Assembly (NCBI GenBank): GCA_918797485.1
Contig: CAKKNE010000004.1
Span: forward strand, 2,604,001-2,668,000
DNA: 64,000 nucleotides
From: Pelagomonas calceolata
Taxonomy: Eukaryota
Direction: 5' to 3'
Shown here piece after piece: positions 21,628-32,700 of this stretch. How positions within the stretch are numbered: position 1 is the stretch's first letter; every line of letters begins with the position of its first letter. The translations under genes and the position numbers were made by a program. The notes beneath the pieces are model-generated. The model ran no database searches and was not told the origin of the DNA. It was given only the letters and a program-made list of their open reading frames with translations.

Positions 21628-22431
21628 ATGGTCCGCCCTAGAAACTTAGGCCGCGTCGGCCAGGGCCCGGCCAACCCCGTCAAGGACTGGCTCGAGTCCT
21701 TACCACCGGTCACGCGCGTCTGGTTCGTGGCGTCCTTCGGCACGACGTGTCTGATCAGCTTCGGCCTCGTCGACCCCTATAGACTATTGTGGAGCTGGCC
21801 CGCCGTGCGTCATAGGTTTGAGGTCTGGCGGTTGATCACGCCCTACTTCTTCTTCGGGGGGTTTAGCTTCCCGTTCCTCATCAACTTATACTTATTACAA
21901 CAGTACTCCAAGGGCTACGAGATTTCGCCGTATAATACTGGAGGTGGCGGCGACACGGCGGACTATATCTGGATGATGTTCCTGGGAGCGTTGATGCTCT
22001 GCGGCGTTTCGGAGTTCATGGGCCAGGTCGCGCCGGCCCAGGCCATGTTGTATCTGGTGCTCTACGTCTGGTCGCGGCGGAACCCGACCCAGCAAGTGTC
22101 GCTGTACGGCTTCCCGGTCCAGGCCATCATGCTGCCCTGGGCGCTCTGCGCCTTCAACATGGTCATCGGGAATTCGTTGTTACTACCATTGATGGGCATC
22201 GGCGTCGGGCACCTCTACTACTTCGCTATTGAAGTGTTACCGGACGCGTACGGTGTTGATATTGTAAAAACGCCGCGGGCGTTGATTGATGCCTGCGGCG
22301 GCGGCGGCGGCGGTGCGCCGGCGGTGGCGCCGGGCGTCCGGGGCGCGGCGCCGCCGGGCCGCCGCGCGCCGCCGGCGCCGCCGCGGGGCGGCCACAACTG
22401 GGGCGGCGGGCGCGTGCTTGGCGAGCGCTGA
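21628..22431 (+). CDS. DER1: Derlin (ERAD rhomboid pseudoprotease)
   Basis: LPPVTRVW, EVWRLIT, YVWSRRNP, GHLYYF and a C-terminal SHP box WGGGRVLG. Confidence 0.93.
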   Translation: MVRPRNLGRVGQGPANPVKDWLESLPPVTRVWFVASFGTTCLISFGLVDPYRLLWSWPAVRHRFEVWRLITPYFFFGGFSFPFLINLYLLQQYSKGYEISPYNTGGGGDTADYIWMMFLGALMLCGVSEFMGQVAPAQAMLYLVLYVWSRRNPTQQVSLYGFPVQAIMLPWALCAFNMVIGNSLLLPLMGIGVGHLYYFAIEVLPDAYGVDIVKTPRALIDACGGGGGGAPAVAPGVRGAAPPGRRAPPAPPRGGHNWGGGRVLGER

Positions 22432-22542
22432 TCTTTGTGCCTCCCTGCCTAAGCTTATGTATCCATGGCCTTATCAACGGGGGGCTCGGCCGCCTCGCGC
22501 GGCACATCCCTCGGAGCCGAGGTGCGCCAGGCACCGCCGGTC

Positions 22543-22956
22543 ATGGACGACTACCGCGGCGTCGTATATAACGCGCTCGTAGCGCAGGGACCGATCGAGC
22601 GCCGCCGACGCGCGCGGACTCAGCCGGGCCTGGATCGCAGCCGACGAAGACCCCGGAGCGAGAGCGCGCTGGACAAGGACAAGGACGGGGATGTGGACAT
22701 CTTGGACCTCCTCGACTGCGTCGCGCGGACGCCCGTCGGGCGCGTGCTACGGCTCAATCATGTCCACTCGTACCTGAACGCGCCGCGCCACAACCCGTTC
22801 GACGACCTCGTGCGGCGCCTCGACCGGATCGACTCCAAGGTCAGCGCGGCCCCTCTAATCGCAATCGGGCGTTGTGGGCGTTGTGTGAGCTCCGCGGCCA
22901 GGGTACGGCCTCCGCGGTTACGAGTGGTCTCGGCGTGTCAATTGACGCACGGGTAA
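22543..22956 (+). CDS. Short ORF with a single EF-hand-like motif; may be a fragment
   Basis: [16 protein letters not shown]; gene boundaries unclear. Confidence 0.3.
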   Translation: MDDYRGVVYNALVAQGPIERRRRARTQPGLDRSRRRPRSESALDKDKDGDVDILDLLDCVARTPVGRVLRLNHVHSYLNAPRHNPFDDLVRRLDRIDSKVSAAPLIAIGRCGRCVSSAARVRPPRLRVVSACQLTHG

Positions 22957-23005
22957 GCGCGTGAGCGACTCTCGTGAGCCTGAAAACTGAATGAGTCGTT
23001 GTAAG

Positions 23006-23027
23006 CTAGCGGCCTGTAAGACACTAG
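23006..23027. promoter_or_regulatory. CTAG-N14-CTAG motif (consensus copy)
   Basis: CTAGCGGCCTGTAAGACACTAG. Confidence 0.6.
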
Positions 23028-23065
23028 CAAGGCGTGAATACTCGTCCAGCGCGCGGTGTCTCTCC

Positions 23066-23101
23066 CCCAGGGGCTCCGCCCACTAGTCCTAGCACCGTAA
23101 C
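23066..23101 (-). terminator. Putative 3'-end motif GTTACGGTGCTAGGACTAGTGGGCGGAGCCCCTGGG
   Basis: About 150 bp after the H2A.X stop, in sense orientation. It recurs after five other genes. Function is inferred. Confidence 0.45.
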
Positions 23102-23247
23102 ATCGACTTAACTCGTGCAGCCAGGGCCGCAGGTCGGGCTCAGGCTCATCAGGACGAGTTCGAATTCTAAAAAAGCAATTTACTGGGTGGTGCCTGGCGA
23201 CACGCGGGGTAAAGACCGGCGGAGAGCCGACGAGAGCGGGAGCGAAC

Positions 23248-23801
23248 TCAGTACTCCTGCGAGGAGCCCTTGCCCTTGCCGGTGCCCGACTGCGAGGGGA
23301 AATTGCGCGTGACGACGACATCCAACTCCGACGGGACTCGAACCCGCAACCCCCAGATTCGAAGTCTGATACGCTATCCATTGCGCCACGGAGTTTTCGA
23401 AGAACGAGAGACGCGGTCCGGCGCACCTTCTTGGGCAGCAGCGTCGCGTGGATGTTCGGGAGCACGCCGCCGGACGCGATCGTGACCGAGCCGAGGAGCT
23501 TGTTGAGCTCCTCGTCGTTGCGCACGGCGAGCTGGATGTGGCGCGGCACGATGCGCGTCTTCTTGTTGTCGCGCGCGGCATTGCCCGCGAGCTCGAGGAT
23601 CTCGGCGCAGAGGTACTCGAGGACGGCGCCCATGTAGACGCCGGCGCCGACGCCGACGCGCGAGGCGTACTTGCCCTTGCGCAGGTAGCGGTTCAGGCGC
23701 GCCACCGGGAACTGAAGGCCGGCCTTGGACGCCGACGACGTCGAGCCGCCCTTGGACTTGCCCTTGCCCTTGCCGCGGCCGCCTTTTCCTTTGCCAGACA
23801 T
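23248..23801 (-). CDS. H2AX: Histone H2A.X; exons 23801-23427 and 23289-23248
   Basis: H2A core ([42 protein letters not shown]). GT-AG intron 23426-23290. Exon 2 encodes [13 protein letters not shown]. Confidence 0.95.
23323..23395 (-). tRNA. tRNA-Arg(UCG), within the H2A.X intron
   Basis: 73-nt cloverleaf: acceptor AACTCCG/CGGAGTT+G, D arm GCGC-AATGGATA-GCGT, anticodon loop CTTCGAA, T arm GCGGG-TTCGAGT-CCCGT. Confidence 0.93.
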
Positions 23802-24409
23802 GATTGATGGAGTGTGTGTCTGCGCGGCGCGGCGGCGTGAGTGGCAACGTCGAGCGAACGGGCGCGCGCGTTTTGTCGATGGGGCGTCGATGGGGCGTCG
23901 TGGCGGCGTCGGCCGCGCGAGGCGTGTGCGGCGGCGCGCGTTGAACGCGTGCGGCGGCGCGGTGACGCCCGCCGCCGCATCGCAGGCGTTTTGGGCTGCC
24001 GGCACCAATTGGCTCCTATCGCGGCCGGCGGGCAGCGCGCTGCCCCGCGGTTTCGCGTGGGCCGTAGCGGCGCGGTGTGTGGACTCTGTGCCAAGCGGCT
24101 GTGGGTGACGATGGAAATTGACGCTGTGCGCAAACAATGGAATGTACTGTTGGCTTCAGGTGTTTCAAAGAGTGCATTTGAAACCGAAGTCCGCGCGCGA
24201 TTGATCCGCGGCAACAAACTTCCTTCGTCTTGCGCTACGTGTCGCTTGCTACCGTTCCCGAGAGCCAATCTGCTGCGTCCTAGTGGCTTTGTACTCTAGC
24301 TAAGCCAGAGCTCCCAAGCTTTGGCTCGGCTATAGGGCGGCCAAGACAGCACAGATCTTGTACTTGTGTTAGAGTCGCTCCTGGGTCGAGACAAGCCGCG
24401 CAAAACGAG

Positions 24410-25231
24410 ATGGCTTCCTCAGCAGTCGAGGCCACCGTCGAGTCCTGTGCGGCCGAAGCCAGCACCCTCGGCTTTACATGCACCTGGCACGACCGCGCTA
24501 CCGGTGCGCCCGCTACCGGGCCCCGCGCGTCGCTCACGCTGCGCCTCGCGCACGAATCGGCAGAGGACGCGGTGCACGTGGACTTCCTCCCTGTCCTCGA
24601 CCGCGTGCAGATCTTCGCAGAATGTGGCGCGCGACGGGCGCGCTGCGACGTCGAAGCCGGCGCGGCGGGCGCCGGGCGCCGCTTCGCCGTTCACGTCCTA
24701 CAGCCGCTCGTCACGGGCGGCGTTGCGGACGAAACCTTGCTCGGCCTGCCGGAGTCGGTGCGGCGCGTGATTTACGAGCTGCTGCCCGCGCCCGCTGTGG
24801 GCCTCGTCGCGGAGACGACGAAAGCGCTCCGCGCCGAGGCGACGAGTGATGCGGTCTGGGTGCGGCTCCTCCACCGCGACGCCGACGCGCTGCGGGTCGA
24901 CCCGCGGGACCTGCCGACCGCTGGTCGGACGCGGCGGGCGCACGACATCTACGCGGCGTTCGTCCAGCTTCGGGCAGCTCGCCGGAGGTTCCATCGATCC
25001 CGGGATCCAACGTGGAGAGAGCGGGACGAGGAGAGCCGCCCGCGCCTTGCAGAGCTGCGCCACGGCTTCTACGAGGACGATTCCGGGACCCTGACAATAC
25101 TACCATGGAGGCAGCGGGTCATCGACAACCAAGGCCCCGACTGGGCGCTGCTCCCTCCAGATTACCGGAGAGGCGAGGGAATGCACACCTTCTACCCGAG
25201 GAACCCCGTACTGTTTGGGCCGGCGTGGTAG
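24410..25231 (+). CDS. F-box-like protein
   Basis: LLGLPESVRRVIYELLPAPAVGLVAETTKALRAEATSDAVWVRL. Confidence 0.55.
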   Translation: MASSAVEATVESCAAEASTLGFTCTWHDRATGAPATGPRASLTLRLAHESAEDAVHVDFLPVLDRVQIFAECGARRARCDVEAGAAGAGRRFAVHVLQPLVTGGVADETLLGLPESVRRVIYELLPAPAVGLVAETTKALRAEATSDAVWVRLLHRDADALRVDPRDLPTAGRTRRAHDIYAAFVQLRAARRRFHRSRDPTWRERDEESRPRLAELRHGFYEDDSGTLTILPWRQRVIDNQGPDWALLPPDYRRGEGMHTFYPRNPVLFGPAW

Positions 25232-25299
25232 TCCCACAGACGACGCTGCAGGGCGCGCCATTAAACTGTGTAAGATCATGTACCAATACTACTAAACTT

Positions 25300-26970
25300 T
25301 TAGAGAGCTGTCATCTTCGACTCCTCGAAGCCGTCGCCGTACCCGCTCTTCGACGGCGACGGGCCGCCGTCGCCCAACAGGTACGCGTGCTTCGTCGCGA
25401 CCACCCTATCGGGCGAGACCGTCGCCGTCGTCCGCCGGTCGATGGCGTCGGACCACTGAGGCGCGTCGTCATCATTATCACCGGAAACGCCTCTCAGAAT
25501 ATCGGCGACGGACGGCGTCTTCGGCCGCCGCGCCACAGACGACGCGGAACATTTGAGCCGCCGCCCCTCGCTCGTGCCGGGCCGAGGCACGGTCGAACGC
25601 ACTGGCCTTCTCACAGCCGGAGTGTCAACGTCCGGGTCCCGCTCTTGCGGCGCTTTAACAGGGGTAGGCGCCTCGTCGATCAATGAGGTGCTTTGCTCAC
25701 CTTTCATCACGGCGATTTCCTGTTTGATATGCGTCAGATTCGTCTGGTTCCTTCGAAATAATTCCTCAAGCTCGGAATCCATCTCCCCTTCACATTCCTC
25801 GAGGACCTCCGCCGCTGTCCTAGGCCGTGATCTCGTATGCGTACCAGTGATCTCCGCGAGGTGATGGGCCTGCAACTGCGCCTCGGCGTCGCTCAGTCGC
25901 TCCCTTAACTCCCTATTCTCCGAGGCCAGTCGCTCGACGTCGAACCGCTTCTTCCGCAGCTCCTGGCATTCTCCTTGCACGATATAAAGGTTGCCGTTCT
26001 CCACCCTGAGTAATTCCATCTCCTTCAGCAACTCGTCGGACGGGTCCCTCGTCTTCAATTCGGCTTGTAGGGACTCGACGAGTTGTATGAGCTTCCGGAT
26101 CGTGACGTAGGGGTCCGCCACATCTTGTACGGTCTTGGGCTCTCGATGCGCCGTCGCCTCGCGCTTCAAGCGAGCGACGAAACTTTTTGCCTTTTCTGCC
26201 GTAAAATGTTCTCCCTCGACGCCTCGCCGCGGGTTCCGCAGCACCTGCGCCGCGAGGTAGTCCACGGCGACCTTATCGTCATTCAAAGCATCGCAGGCCT
26301 CGCCGAACAACCGCGACTCTCGGGGCAGCGAGTTCCAATCAAAAGACGTCGCTACTCGTGACGTGGCGCCTCCTTTCCGGTAGTCCCGCGCTAATTCTCT
26401 ATCTAGATCTTGCACAGGTTCACCATCCAACGCTTCTAAGCGTGATAAGCGCGCGACGGCGTGGTGCCGGTAGCCCTCCTCCCTTGCGAGCGGGTTGCCA
26501 TCTAGGTCGAGTTCTGTCAATGGACAGCGCGACAACGCATCAAGCACCAACTCGCATCTTTCGATGTCGTTGGCGAACAAACATAAAGTTTTCAGTTGTT
26601 TCAATGAAGCGAGGCCGTCCACATTAGTTATGAGGTTATTGGAGGCATAGATCTTCTGGAGCTTCGGGCACTGTGCTAACTGGACAAGGTCTGTCAGTCG
26701 ATTGAAGTTCACGTTGAGGACCTCCAACGTTTTTATCGGTGTCAAGGACGCTACCGTGGTCAGGCGATTATGCGACAGCGACAGAACTGATAAATGCGTG
26801 AGCTTCGAGGCGCACGCCAGGCCCGTCAGGTCCTTATTCCTCAAAACGAGCTGCTGGACGTCGTCCAGCGTCCCGTCGCCGCTCGCCTCGAGGCACAGCG
26901 CCTCGGTGGCTTCATTGTTGTCTGTCTCTCCTACCGGTGTGGGGCTGCCGCACATCATGAGGGCCGCCAT
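25300..26970 (-). CDS. SDS22-type leucine-rich repeat protein with coiled coil
   Basis: LxxLxLxxN repeats, LRR cap (GNPL...YRHHAVARLSRLEALDG) and a C-terminal coiled coil. Confidence 0.8.
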   Translation of the reverse strand: MAALMMCGSPTPVGETDNNEATEALCLEASGDGTLDDVQQLVLRNKDLTGLACASKLTHLSVLSLSHNRLTTVASLTPIKTLEVLNVNFNRLTDLVQLAQCPKLQKIYASNNLITNVDGLASLKQLKTLCLFANDIERCELVLDALSRCPLTELDLDGNPLAREEGYRHHAVARLSRLEALDGEPVQDLDRELARDYRKGGATSRVATSFDWNSLPRESRLFGEACDALNDDKVAVDYLAAQVLRNPRRGVEGEHFTAEKAKSFVARLKREATAHREPKTVQDVADPYVTIRKLIQLVESLQAELKTRDPSDELLKEMELLRVENGNLYIVQGECQELRKKRFDVERLASENRELRERLSDAEAQLQAHHLAEITGTHTRSRPRTAAEVLEECEGEMDSELEELFRRNQTNLTHIKQEIAVMKGEQSTSLIDEAPTPVKAPQERDPDVDTPAVRRPVRSTVPRPGTSEGRRLKCSASSVARRPKTPSVADILRGVSGDNDDDAPQWSDAIDRRTTATVSPDRVVATKHAYLLGDGGPSPSKSGYGDGFEESKMTAL

Positions 26971-27408
26971 GGCGCCGCGAGCTGGGGCTGCCCGCGGCTT
27001 CGTGTATCGCTTTCGTCGGTCGGGGACGAGCTGCTCGCGCCCTGGCTGCCCAAACTGCTTGCTTGCTTTGCTAGTGTCTCACAGCTAGGTGCAGCACGTT
27101 CAGCGTGTCTTTGTGTGCATCAGCAACCTTCAGAGGGCGTGTCGCTTGCAGCTACGCTTCTTTCAGTAAAACCCGGACCTTGCACTTTTTGCAGAGCCAA
27201 AGAGCCCCGCTTTGCTGCGTCCGGTCATCGCACCGTGACTGAACGAAAAAAGCGGTCGGTGACAACAAGACGTCCCTTGATCGCAGTTGCTGGCATACCG
27301 AGCCGCTCAAAGTCCACGTAGGCCTGTTTTGAAGAGGTGCTCTCACAGCAGCAAATTCGCCGCGAGCGCCGACGACGTTTCGGTGAGGTCTGAAGACGCG
27401 AGAAAACG

Positions 27409-28884
27409 ATGGCCGCGTTGGTCGCGCGCCCGCGCGCCTTCTCAATGACGCGGACGCCCGCGCAGCAGTACCGCCGCAGTCGCCTATTGGACGCCCTCGA
27501 CCTCGGCTGCTCCGCGTCATCACTAAGACAGCGCAAGATTACGGAAAGGAAAGACGCCGTCGCCTCGAAGTGCACGTTGGGCGAGCAGCTCCCGGAAGTG
27601 TTGTGGAGAGAAATACTCGACTACGCCTCACTGTTGGACCTAGACCGCTGCGCATCAGCATCACGCTCCCTCCAATCGTCGTCCGTCGACGCTTCATTAG
27701 TAGGGAGATCGACGGTCGACGTCGACCTCCATCTGGACGGAAGGGTGTTACCGGCCTGTGCGGCGGCGCGGTGTCCTCATCTCAAACATTTGCGAGGCGC
27801 TACCGGCGCGGTGGCTTTGCGAGCGGCGGCGGGCGCCGCGAGACCCGCCCCGCTAGCCGAGCTCGAGACGCTCTCATTATATCACCAGAGCGGCGCCGCT
27901 CCGGGCTTACTGAGACTGTGCACGTTCCAATTGGGTCTAGGTGGTTACGCACGACTCCGCTTCCTGGAGATCACGTGTCCGACCTACTCGGACCAGTTTG
28001 GAAGAGCGGCTCGTAGATCCGCGGTGGGCAACGATTCAGCATTATATGGTTTCGTCGACGCGGCGCTACGGCAAGAGGCGTCCGGTTCGACACCTTCCCC
28101 ACCATTACCCTCACTTGAAGATTTGAGATTAGTAGGTTGGACGGATCTGTGGAACTTGCGGGTCCATCCGAGGCGGGAGCCGCCTCTAGATGCGCTCGTG
28201 CGGACGCATCCCACGTTGAAGAGATTGAGCATGCCCGGGGCACCGGGCGCGCGCCATCTTGACCGAAGAGCGGGGGGCGAGGACGCGTGGCGCGATTCAC
28301 TAAGAGTGAACGCGTTGTCTGGCGAATTACTACCACCGCTCTGCGTCACGTGCGGTCTATGCGGCGCGACGCTCTACGATCGGGTGAATGCGTGTTTACT
28401 GGGACCAGGGACACAAAGACATATCGCGTTCGAGCTCTACGTCGATAATGAACCTGACCCTTCTACGACGGTCTCCGGCGCTCAGACAAGGAGAACGTGC
28501 AGTAATAGGTGCCACGCAACTAGAAATCAATTCTTATTGGCGGGGCGCGGCGGCTGCGTCTCGACGCGAGGGTTCCGCTGGGCTGTGGCTTGCGGGGACG
28601 GTTTAGCTGTGTGTACCGATGTCACGACGGGAGATATTCTGGATGCCGACGCGCTGCGCAAGGCCGCCGTCGAGGCCGTGCAGGCGCGGGGCGACTCCGA
28701 CAGTGGTGAAGAGGACGGTTTTGAAGGGGACGCGGCCCGTTTTCTCGGGCGGCTGCGGCGCCTGACGGGCACGCAGGCGCCGCGCGGGCCGCGCACGGCC
28801 GGTGCGCGCTTGTTAGATCGGATCTCGCGCCACATGCGGGACCTCGAAAGGTTGATCCCGCCGGAGGACCGCCGCAATCCCTGA
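27409..28884 (+). CDS. F-box protein
   Basis: QLPEVLWREILDYASLLDLDRCASASRSL, degenerate LRR-like region and Cys-rich C-terminal part. Confidence 0.6.
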   Translation: MAALVARPRAFSMTRTPAQQYRRSRLLDALDLGCSASSLRQRKITERKDAVASKCTLGEQLPEVLWREILDYASLLDLDRCASASRSLQSSSVDASLVGRSTVDVDLHLDGRVLPACAAARCPHLKHLRGATGAVALRAAAGAARPAPLAELETLSLYHQSGAAPGLLRLCTFQLGLGGYARLRFLEITCPTYSDQFGRAARRSAVGNDSALYGFVDAALRQEASGSTPSPPLPSLEDLRLVGWTDLWNLRVHPRREPPLDALVRTHPTLKRLSMPGAPGARHLDRRAGGEDAWRDSLRVNALSGELLPPLCVTCGLCGATLYDRVNACLLGPGTQRHIAFELYVDNEPDPSTTVSGAQTRRTCSNRCHATRNQFLLAGRGGCVSTRGFRWAVACGDGLAVCTDVTTGDILDADALRKAAVEAVQARGDSDSGEEDGFEGDAARFLGRLRRLTGTQAPRGPRTAGARLLDRISRHMRDLERLIPPEDRRNP

Positions 28885-28983
28885 TTTGTCGATCGCCGCG
28901 ACGGCGTGCCCCCACTACCAGTCTGCCTTCCACGCCGTCGCCGCGACCCCCTCCCCCGGACCTAAGACTCCCACGCAAATATA

Positions 28984-30126
28984 TTATACGTGCAAGGCCT
29001 GGACCGTGTTGTTGTAGGCGATTGCGACCCACTCCTGGTGCGCCGTCGACCACTGGAGTTGATTGACTTCGGCATCCGCCGTGTAGGCCAGGATCGGATC
29101 ATCCACCGGTTTTGGGAGGGCCGTCAGGTCCCAGATCAGCGCCTGGCAATCATCCGAACAGGTGCAGAGGTGGCACGACGAGTGCGGCGCCCACGCCACG
29201 GAATTCACCGAAGCTTGATGCGCTCCCAACTCGGCGACGGGTATCGACGGCACGCGCACATCCAACACCACCGTCCGCGGATCGTCCGCCAGCACCGTAG
29301 CCAAGTAATTTGGGTCCTGCTTGTTCCAGGCCAATCTCAATAGCGGTCGCAGCGACGACGTCTCGTAGATGATCGTACTATGCTCCAAGGTTCGCAAATC
29401 AAATAATCGTACTGAACCATCAGCACCCACAGAAGCGAAGATGTCCTTGCCGCGCGCAAAGGCAATATCATAGACCTCCTTGTCGTGGGCGATGAGCTGC
29501 GTCTTCACGGCTGGTACGGATAAATCCCAGATCGTACAGGTAGTATCAATGGAAGAAGTACCAACTAACGACGGCTCAGATTCGTTCCAATCAAATGAGG
29601 TCAGAGGCGCGCAGTACTCGCTGTTCTTGTTGTTATTTAACAAAGCAACTTGGTCCACGCGCGCCGCGTCGGCGGCGGACGCCGCTTCCCGTTGATCAGG
29701 TACCGACCAGACCCTCAAATAGTCACCGGTAGTAGCCAACAGATCTCGCCTAGCCGTCTTGTCGGGCGACCAGAGAATTTTTGTGGCAGGATAAGGGTGT
29801 TCAAACCCCGCCACTTGGACGAAAGCTGAAGAATCGTTCGGGTCCTTGCCCGCCTTGCGTTGCAAAGCCTGGGCCGTCCTATCCCGACCGACACCCGTAC
29901 CAACCGCCTTTTCGTACGCGTCCCGCCGCTGGATGATAGACACGCGATTCGCGTACTCCTCGACGAAGGAGCCTAACGCTAACCGGAAGCCTCGGTCCTC
30001 CTCCTCCCGTTGACTCCAGCCCATGCCGTAAATCGTCCAGTCCGCCGAATGCGTGTAGATCTCCTTTTTGGGGGGTGGCGCGTCTCCTCGTTCATTGTTC
30101 GCGCTGCTGGAGCGCTGCTCCTCCAT
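28984..30126 (-). CDS. DCAF7: WD40 protein DCAF7/WDR68 (AN11/TTG1/LWD family)
   Basis: FEHPYPATK, LLATTGDYLRVW, CAPLTSFDWN, SIDTTCTIWD, LIAHDKEVYDIAF, DGSVRLFDLRTLEHSTIIYE. Confidence 0.95.
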   Translation of the reverse strand: MEEQRSSSANNERGDAPPPKKEIYTHSADWTIYGMGWSQREEEDRGFRLALGSFVEEYANRVSIIQRRDAYEKAVGTGVGRDRTAQALQRKAGKDPNDSSAFVQVAGFEHPYPATKILWSPDKTARRDLLATTGDYLRVWSVPDQREAASAADAARVDQVALLNNNKNSEYCAPLTSFDWNESEPSLVGTSSIDTTCTIWDLSVPAVKTQLIAHDKEVYDIAFARGKDIFASVGADGSVRLFDLRTLEHSTIIYETSSLRPLLRLAWNKQDPNYLATVLADDPRTVVLDVRVPSIPVAELGAHQASVNSVAWAPHSSCHLCTCSDDCQALIWDLTALPKPVDDPILAYTADAEVNQLQWSTAHQEWVAIAYNNTVQALHV

Positions 30127-30645
30127 CTTTGTTGGTGTCGGGCGTCCGCGCGCGGCGGCGGCGGGAAGAACAGCCTGGACTGCTCTTTGGCCGATTGCTT
30201 ATCACCTAGCGCTCGGCCGTCCGTGAAATTTTGCCGTACGGCAGCGTCTGTACGAGCGGTCTTCTGACAGGTGTAACGCAGAGTTTGGTTATGCGACCGC
30301 GTTTTTTGGGGCCAAATTCAGTCAAAACACTGTTTTGCTCAAATCACCTAGTGCCTATTGCGCTAGCTGCAGCGCTCGCTTTCTTGCCTTCGAACAAATC
30401 CTCGAACGGCTCTCTCCGTAGGCGGAAGAGCGCTGGTTCGGTTTGACGCCCGCTCAGCCACTTGGTCACCAGCCAACAAGGAGAGCTCCATCGCCACAGT
30501 CTTGAGTCCGTGTGCGTGACCGCATTGCTTGCAGAACGCACGCGGTGCATCGTTTACTCGTCGCAGCAATCGCCAGCGATTGCACAAGAACGGCGCCGCA
30601 CGCCGTCGTTCAATAACAACTCGACACGTAACCAGCAGCAGCACC

Positions 30646-32628
30646 ATGCTCCTGCGCCGCGCCACCCAGCGGTTAACGCAGCATGCACGCCAGACGGCGC
30701 GCAGAACTCTCGCGACCGAGCAGGGCGACGTCGTCGGCATTGATTTAGGAACCACGAACTCCTGCGTCGCGATCATGGAGGGCCGCGCCGCGCGCGTCAT
30801 CGAGAACGCGGAAGGCGCGCGGACCACGCCGTCCGTCGTAGCGTTTACAGATGACGGTTCTAGATTAGTCGGCCTCCAAGCGAAAAGACAAGCCGTCACG
30901 AACCCAGACAACACTTTGTATGCCACAAAACGCTTGATAGGCCGCAAAATGGGCGAGCCGGAGATCGACGTCATCAAGCCCTTGGTACCGTACAAGATCG
31001 TGAAAGCTGATGCCTCTGATGATGCCTGGGTCGAGGTGAGGGATGGTACTAAATATTCCCCTTCCCAGGTCGGGAGCATGGTCCTCGGCAAGATGAAAGA
31101 AACAGCGGAAGGTTTTCTCGGGAGAGATGTCGGGAAGGCCATCGTGACCGTGCCGGCTTATTTCAATGATTCGCAACGACAGGCCACCAAAGATGCTGGA
31201 AGAATTGCGGGCTTGGACGTTCTTAGAATCATCAACGAGCCCACGGCCGCTGCCCTAGCGTACGGTCTGGACAAGGCCGACGACGGCAAATTGGTGGCGG
31301 TGTTCGACTTGGGAGGCGGCACGTTCGACGTTTCTATACTGGAGATCTCTGGTGGTGTGTTCGAGGTCAAGTCGACCAATGGTGATACCATGCTCGGCGG
31401 CGAGGATTTCGACGAGGAGCTCCTCAAGCACCTCCTAGCCGAATTCAAGAAGGATAGTGGATTAGATCTCTCGTCCGATCCATTAGCGATGCAACGGTTA
31501 AGAGAAGCCGCCGAGAAAGCGAAACGCGAGCTCGACGGCCTCAACACCACTGATGTTTCGTTACCCTTCATCACGGCCGACGCGACGGGCCCCAAACATT
31601 TAAATGTCAAGCTGGGCAAGGCCCAGTTCGAAGGTATAGTAGCAGATCTCGTAGGACGCACGCTCGACCCCTGCAAGAAGTGCGTGCAGGATGCCGGCGT
31701 CGACAAAGGTAGTATAGATGAGGTCATTCTCGTGGGTGGGATGACGCGCATGCCGAAGGTCCAAGAGACGGTGGAAGGTTTTTTTGGGAAGAAGCCTCAT
31801 AAAGGAGTAAACCCGGACGAGGTCGTGGCGATGGGTGCGGCTATTCAAGGCGGCGTTTTGAGGGGCGACGTGAAAGATGTCCTGTTGCTGGATGTGACTC
31901 CCTTATCATTGGGTATCGAGACGCTGGGTGGCATGTTCACTAGGCTGATCAACCGCAATACCACTATCCCGACGAAGAAGGCCCAGACCTTCTCCACAGC
32001 GGCCGACAACCAGCCCCAGGTCCAGATCAAGGTGCTGCAGGGCGAGCGGGAGATGGCCGCGGAGAACAAACCTCTGGGCCAGTTCGACCTAGTGGGGATA
32101 CCCCCTGCCCCGCGGGGCACGCCGCAGATCGAAGTCTCGTTCGACATCGACGCCGACGGCATCCTAAACGTGTCCGCGAAGGACAAGGGCACGGGCAAGG
32201 AGCAGTCCGTCGTCATTCGGTCGTCCGGTGGACTGTCTGAGGACGAGATCAACAAAATGGTGCAAGATGCGGAAGAGAACGCCGCCGCCGATGCCGAAAG
32301 GAAGAAATTGGCCGAGGCGAAGAACGAGGCCGACGCCCTCGTGTATACCTCCAAAAAGTCGTTGGATGAGCACGGCGACAAGCTGGATGGAGAGACGAAG
32401 AGCGAGGTCGAGGCGAAGATCTCGGCGCTCGAAGGGCTGGGCGACGACGCGTCGGCGGACGATTTGAGAGCCAAGATCGACGAGTTGCAAGCGGTGGCGC
32501 AGAAGATCGGCGAGCAGGTCTACCAGGCCAGTCAGGAGTCGTCTGGTGGCGAGGAGGCCAAGGACGCGGAGTTCTCCGAGAAGGAGGAGGAGAAGCCTGA
32601 GGAGAAGGATGAGAAGAAGAAGGACTAG
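30646..32628 (+). CDS. HSPA9: Mitochondrial HSP70 (DnaK-type)
   Basis: Presequence [62 protein letters not shown]. Confidence 0.97.
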   Translation: MLLRRATQRLTQHARQTARRTLATEQGDVVGIDLGTTNSCVAIMEGRAARVIENAEGARTTPSVVAFTDDGSRLVGLQAKRQAVTNPDNTLYATKRLIGRKMGEPEIDVIKPLVPYKIVKADASDDAWVEVRDGTKYSPSQVGSMVLGKMKETAEGFLGRDVGKAIVTVPAYFNDSQRQATKDAGRIAGLDVLRIINEPTAAALAYGLDKADDGKLVAVFDLGGGTFDVSILEISGGVFEVKSTNGDTMLGGEDFDEELLKHLLAEFKKDSGLDLSSDPLAMQRLREAAEKAKRELDGLNTTDVSLPFITADATGPKHLNVKLGKAQFEGIVADLVGRTLDPCKKCVQDAGVDKGSIDEVILVGGMTRMPKVQETVEGFFGKKPHKGVNPDEVVAMGAAIQGGVLRGDVKDVLLLDVTPLSLGIETLGGMFTRLINRNTTIPTKKAQTFSTAADNQPQVQIKVLQGEREMAAENKPLGQFDLVGIPPAPRGTPQIEVSFDIDADGILNVSAKDKGTGKEQSVVIRSSGGLSEDEINKMVQDAEENAAADAERKKLAEAKNEADALVYTSKKSLDEHGDKLDGETKSEVEAKISALEGLGDDASADDLRAKIDELQAVAQKIGEQVYQASQESSGGEEAKDAEFSEKEEEKPEEKDEKKKD

Positions 32629-32678
32629 GTCCTGCTGGTTAACAACTGTTCACTTAACTTCGCGACGGCGTCGAGCCT

Positions 32679-32700
32679 CTAGTGTCTTACATGCCGCTAG
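32679..32700. promoter_or_regulatory. CTAG-N14-CTAG motif
   Basis: CTAGTGTCTTACATGCCGCTAG upstream of TIM9. Confidence 0.65.

Noticed and set aside
22938..24137. 399-aa extended H2A ORF
   Set aside because: It is an artefact of reading through the 5' region and the tRNA-containing intron. The spliced product is a normal H2A.X.
30363..32474. Long antisense ORFs opposite HSP70
   Set aside because: These are the expected shadow ORFs on the antisense strand of GC-rich HSP70 genes.
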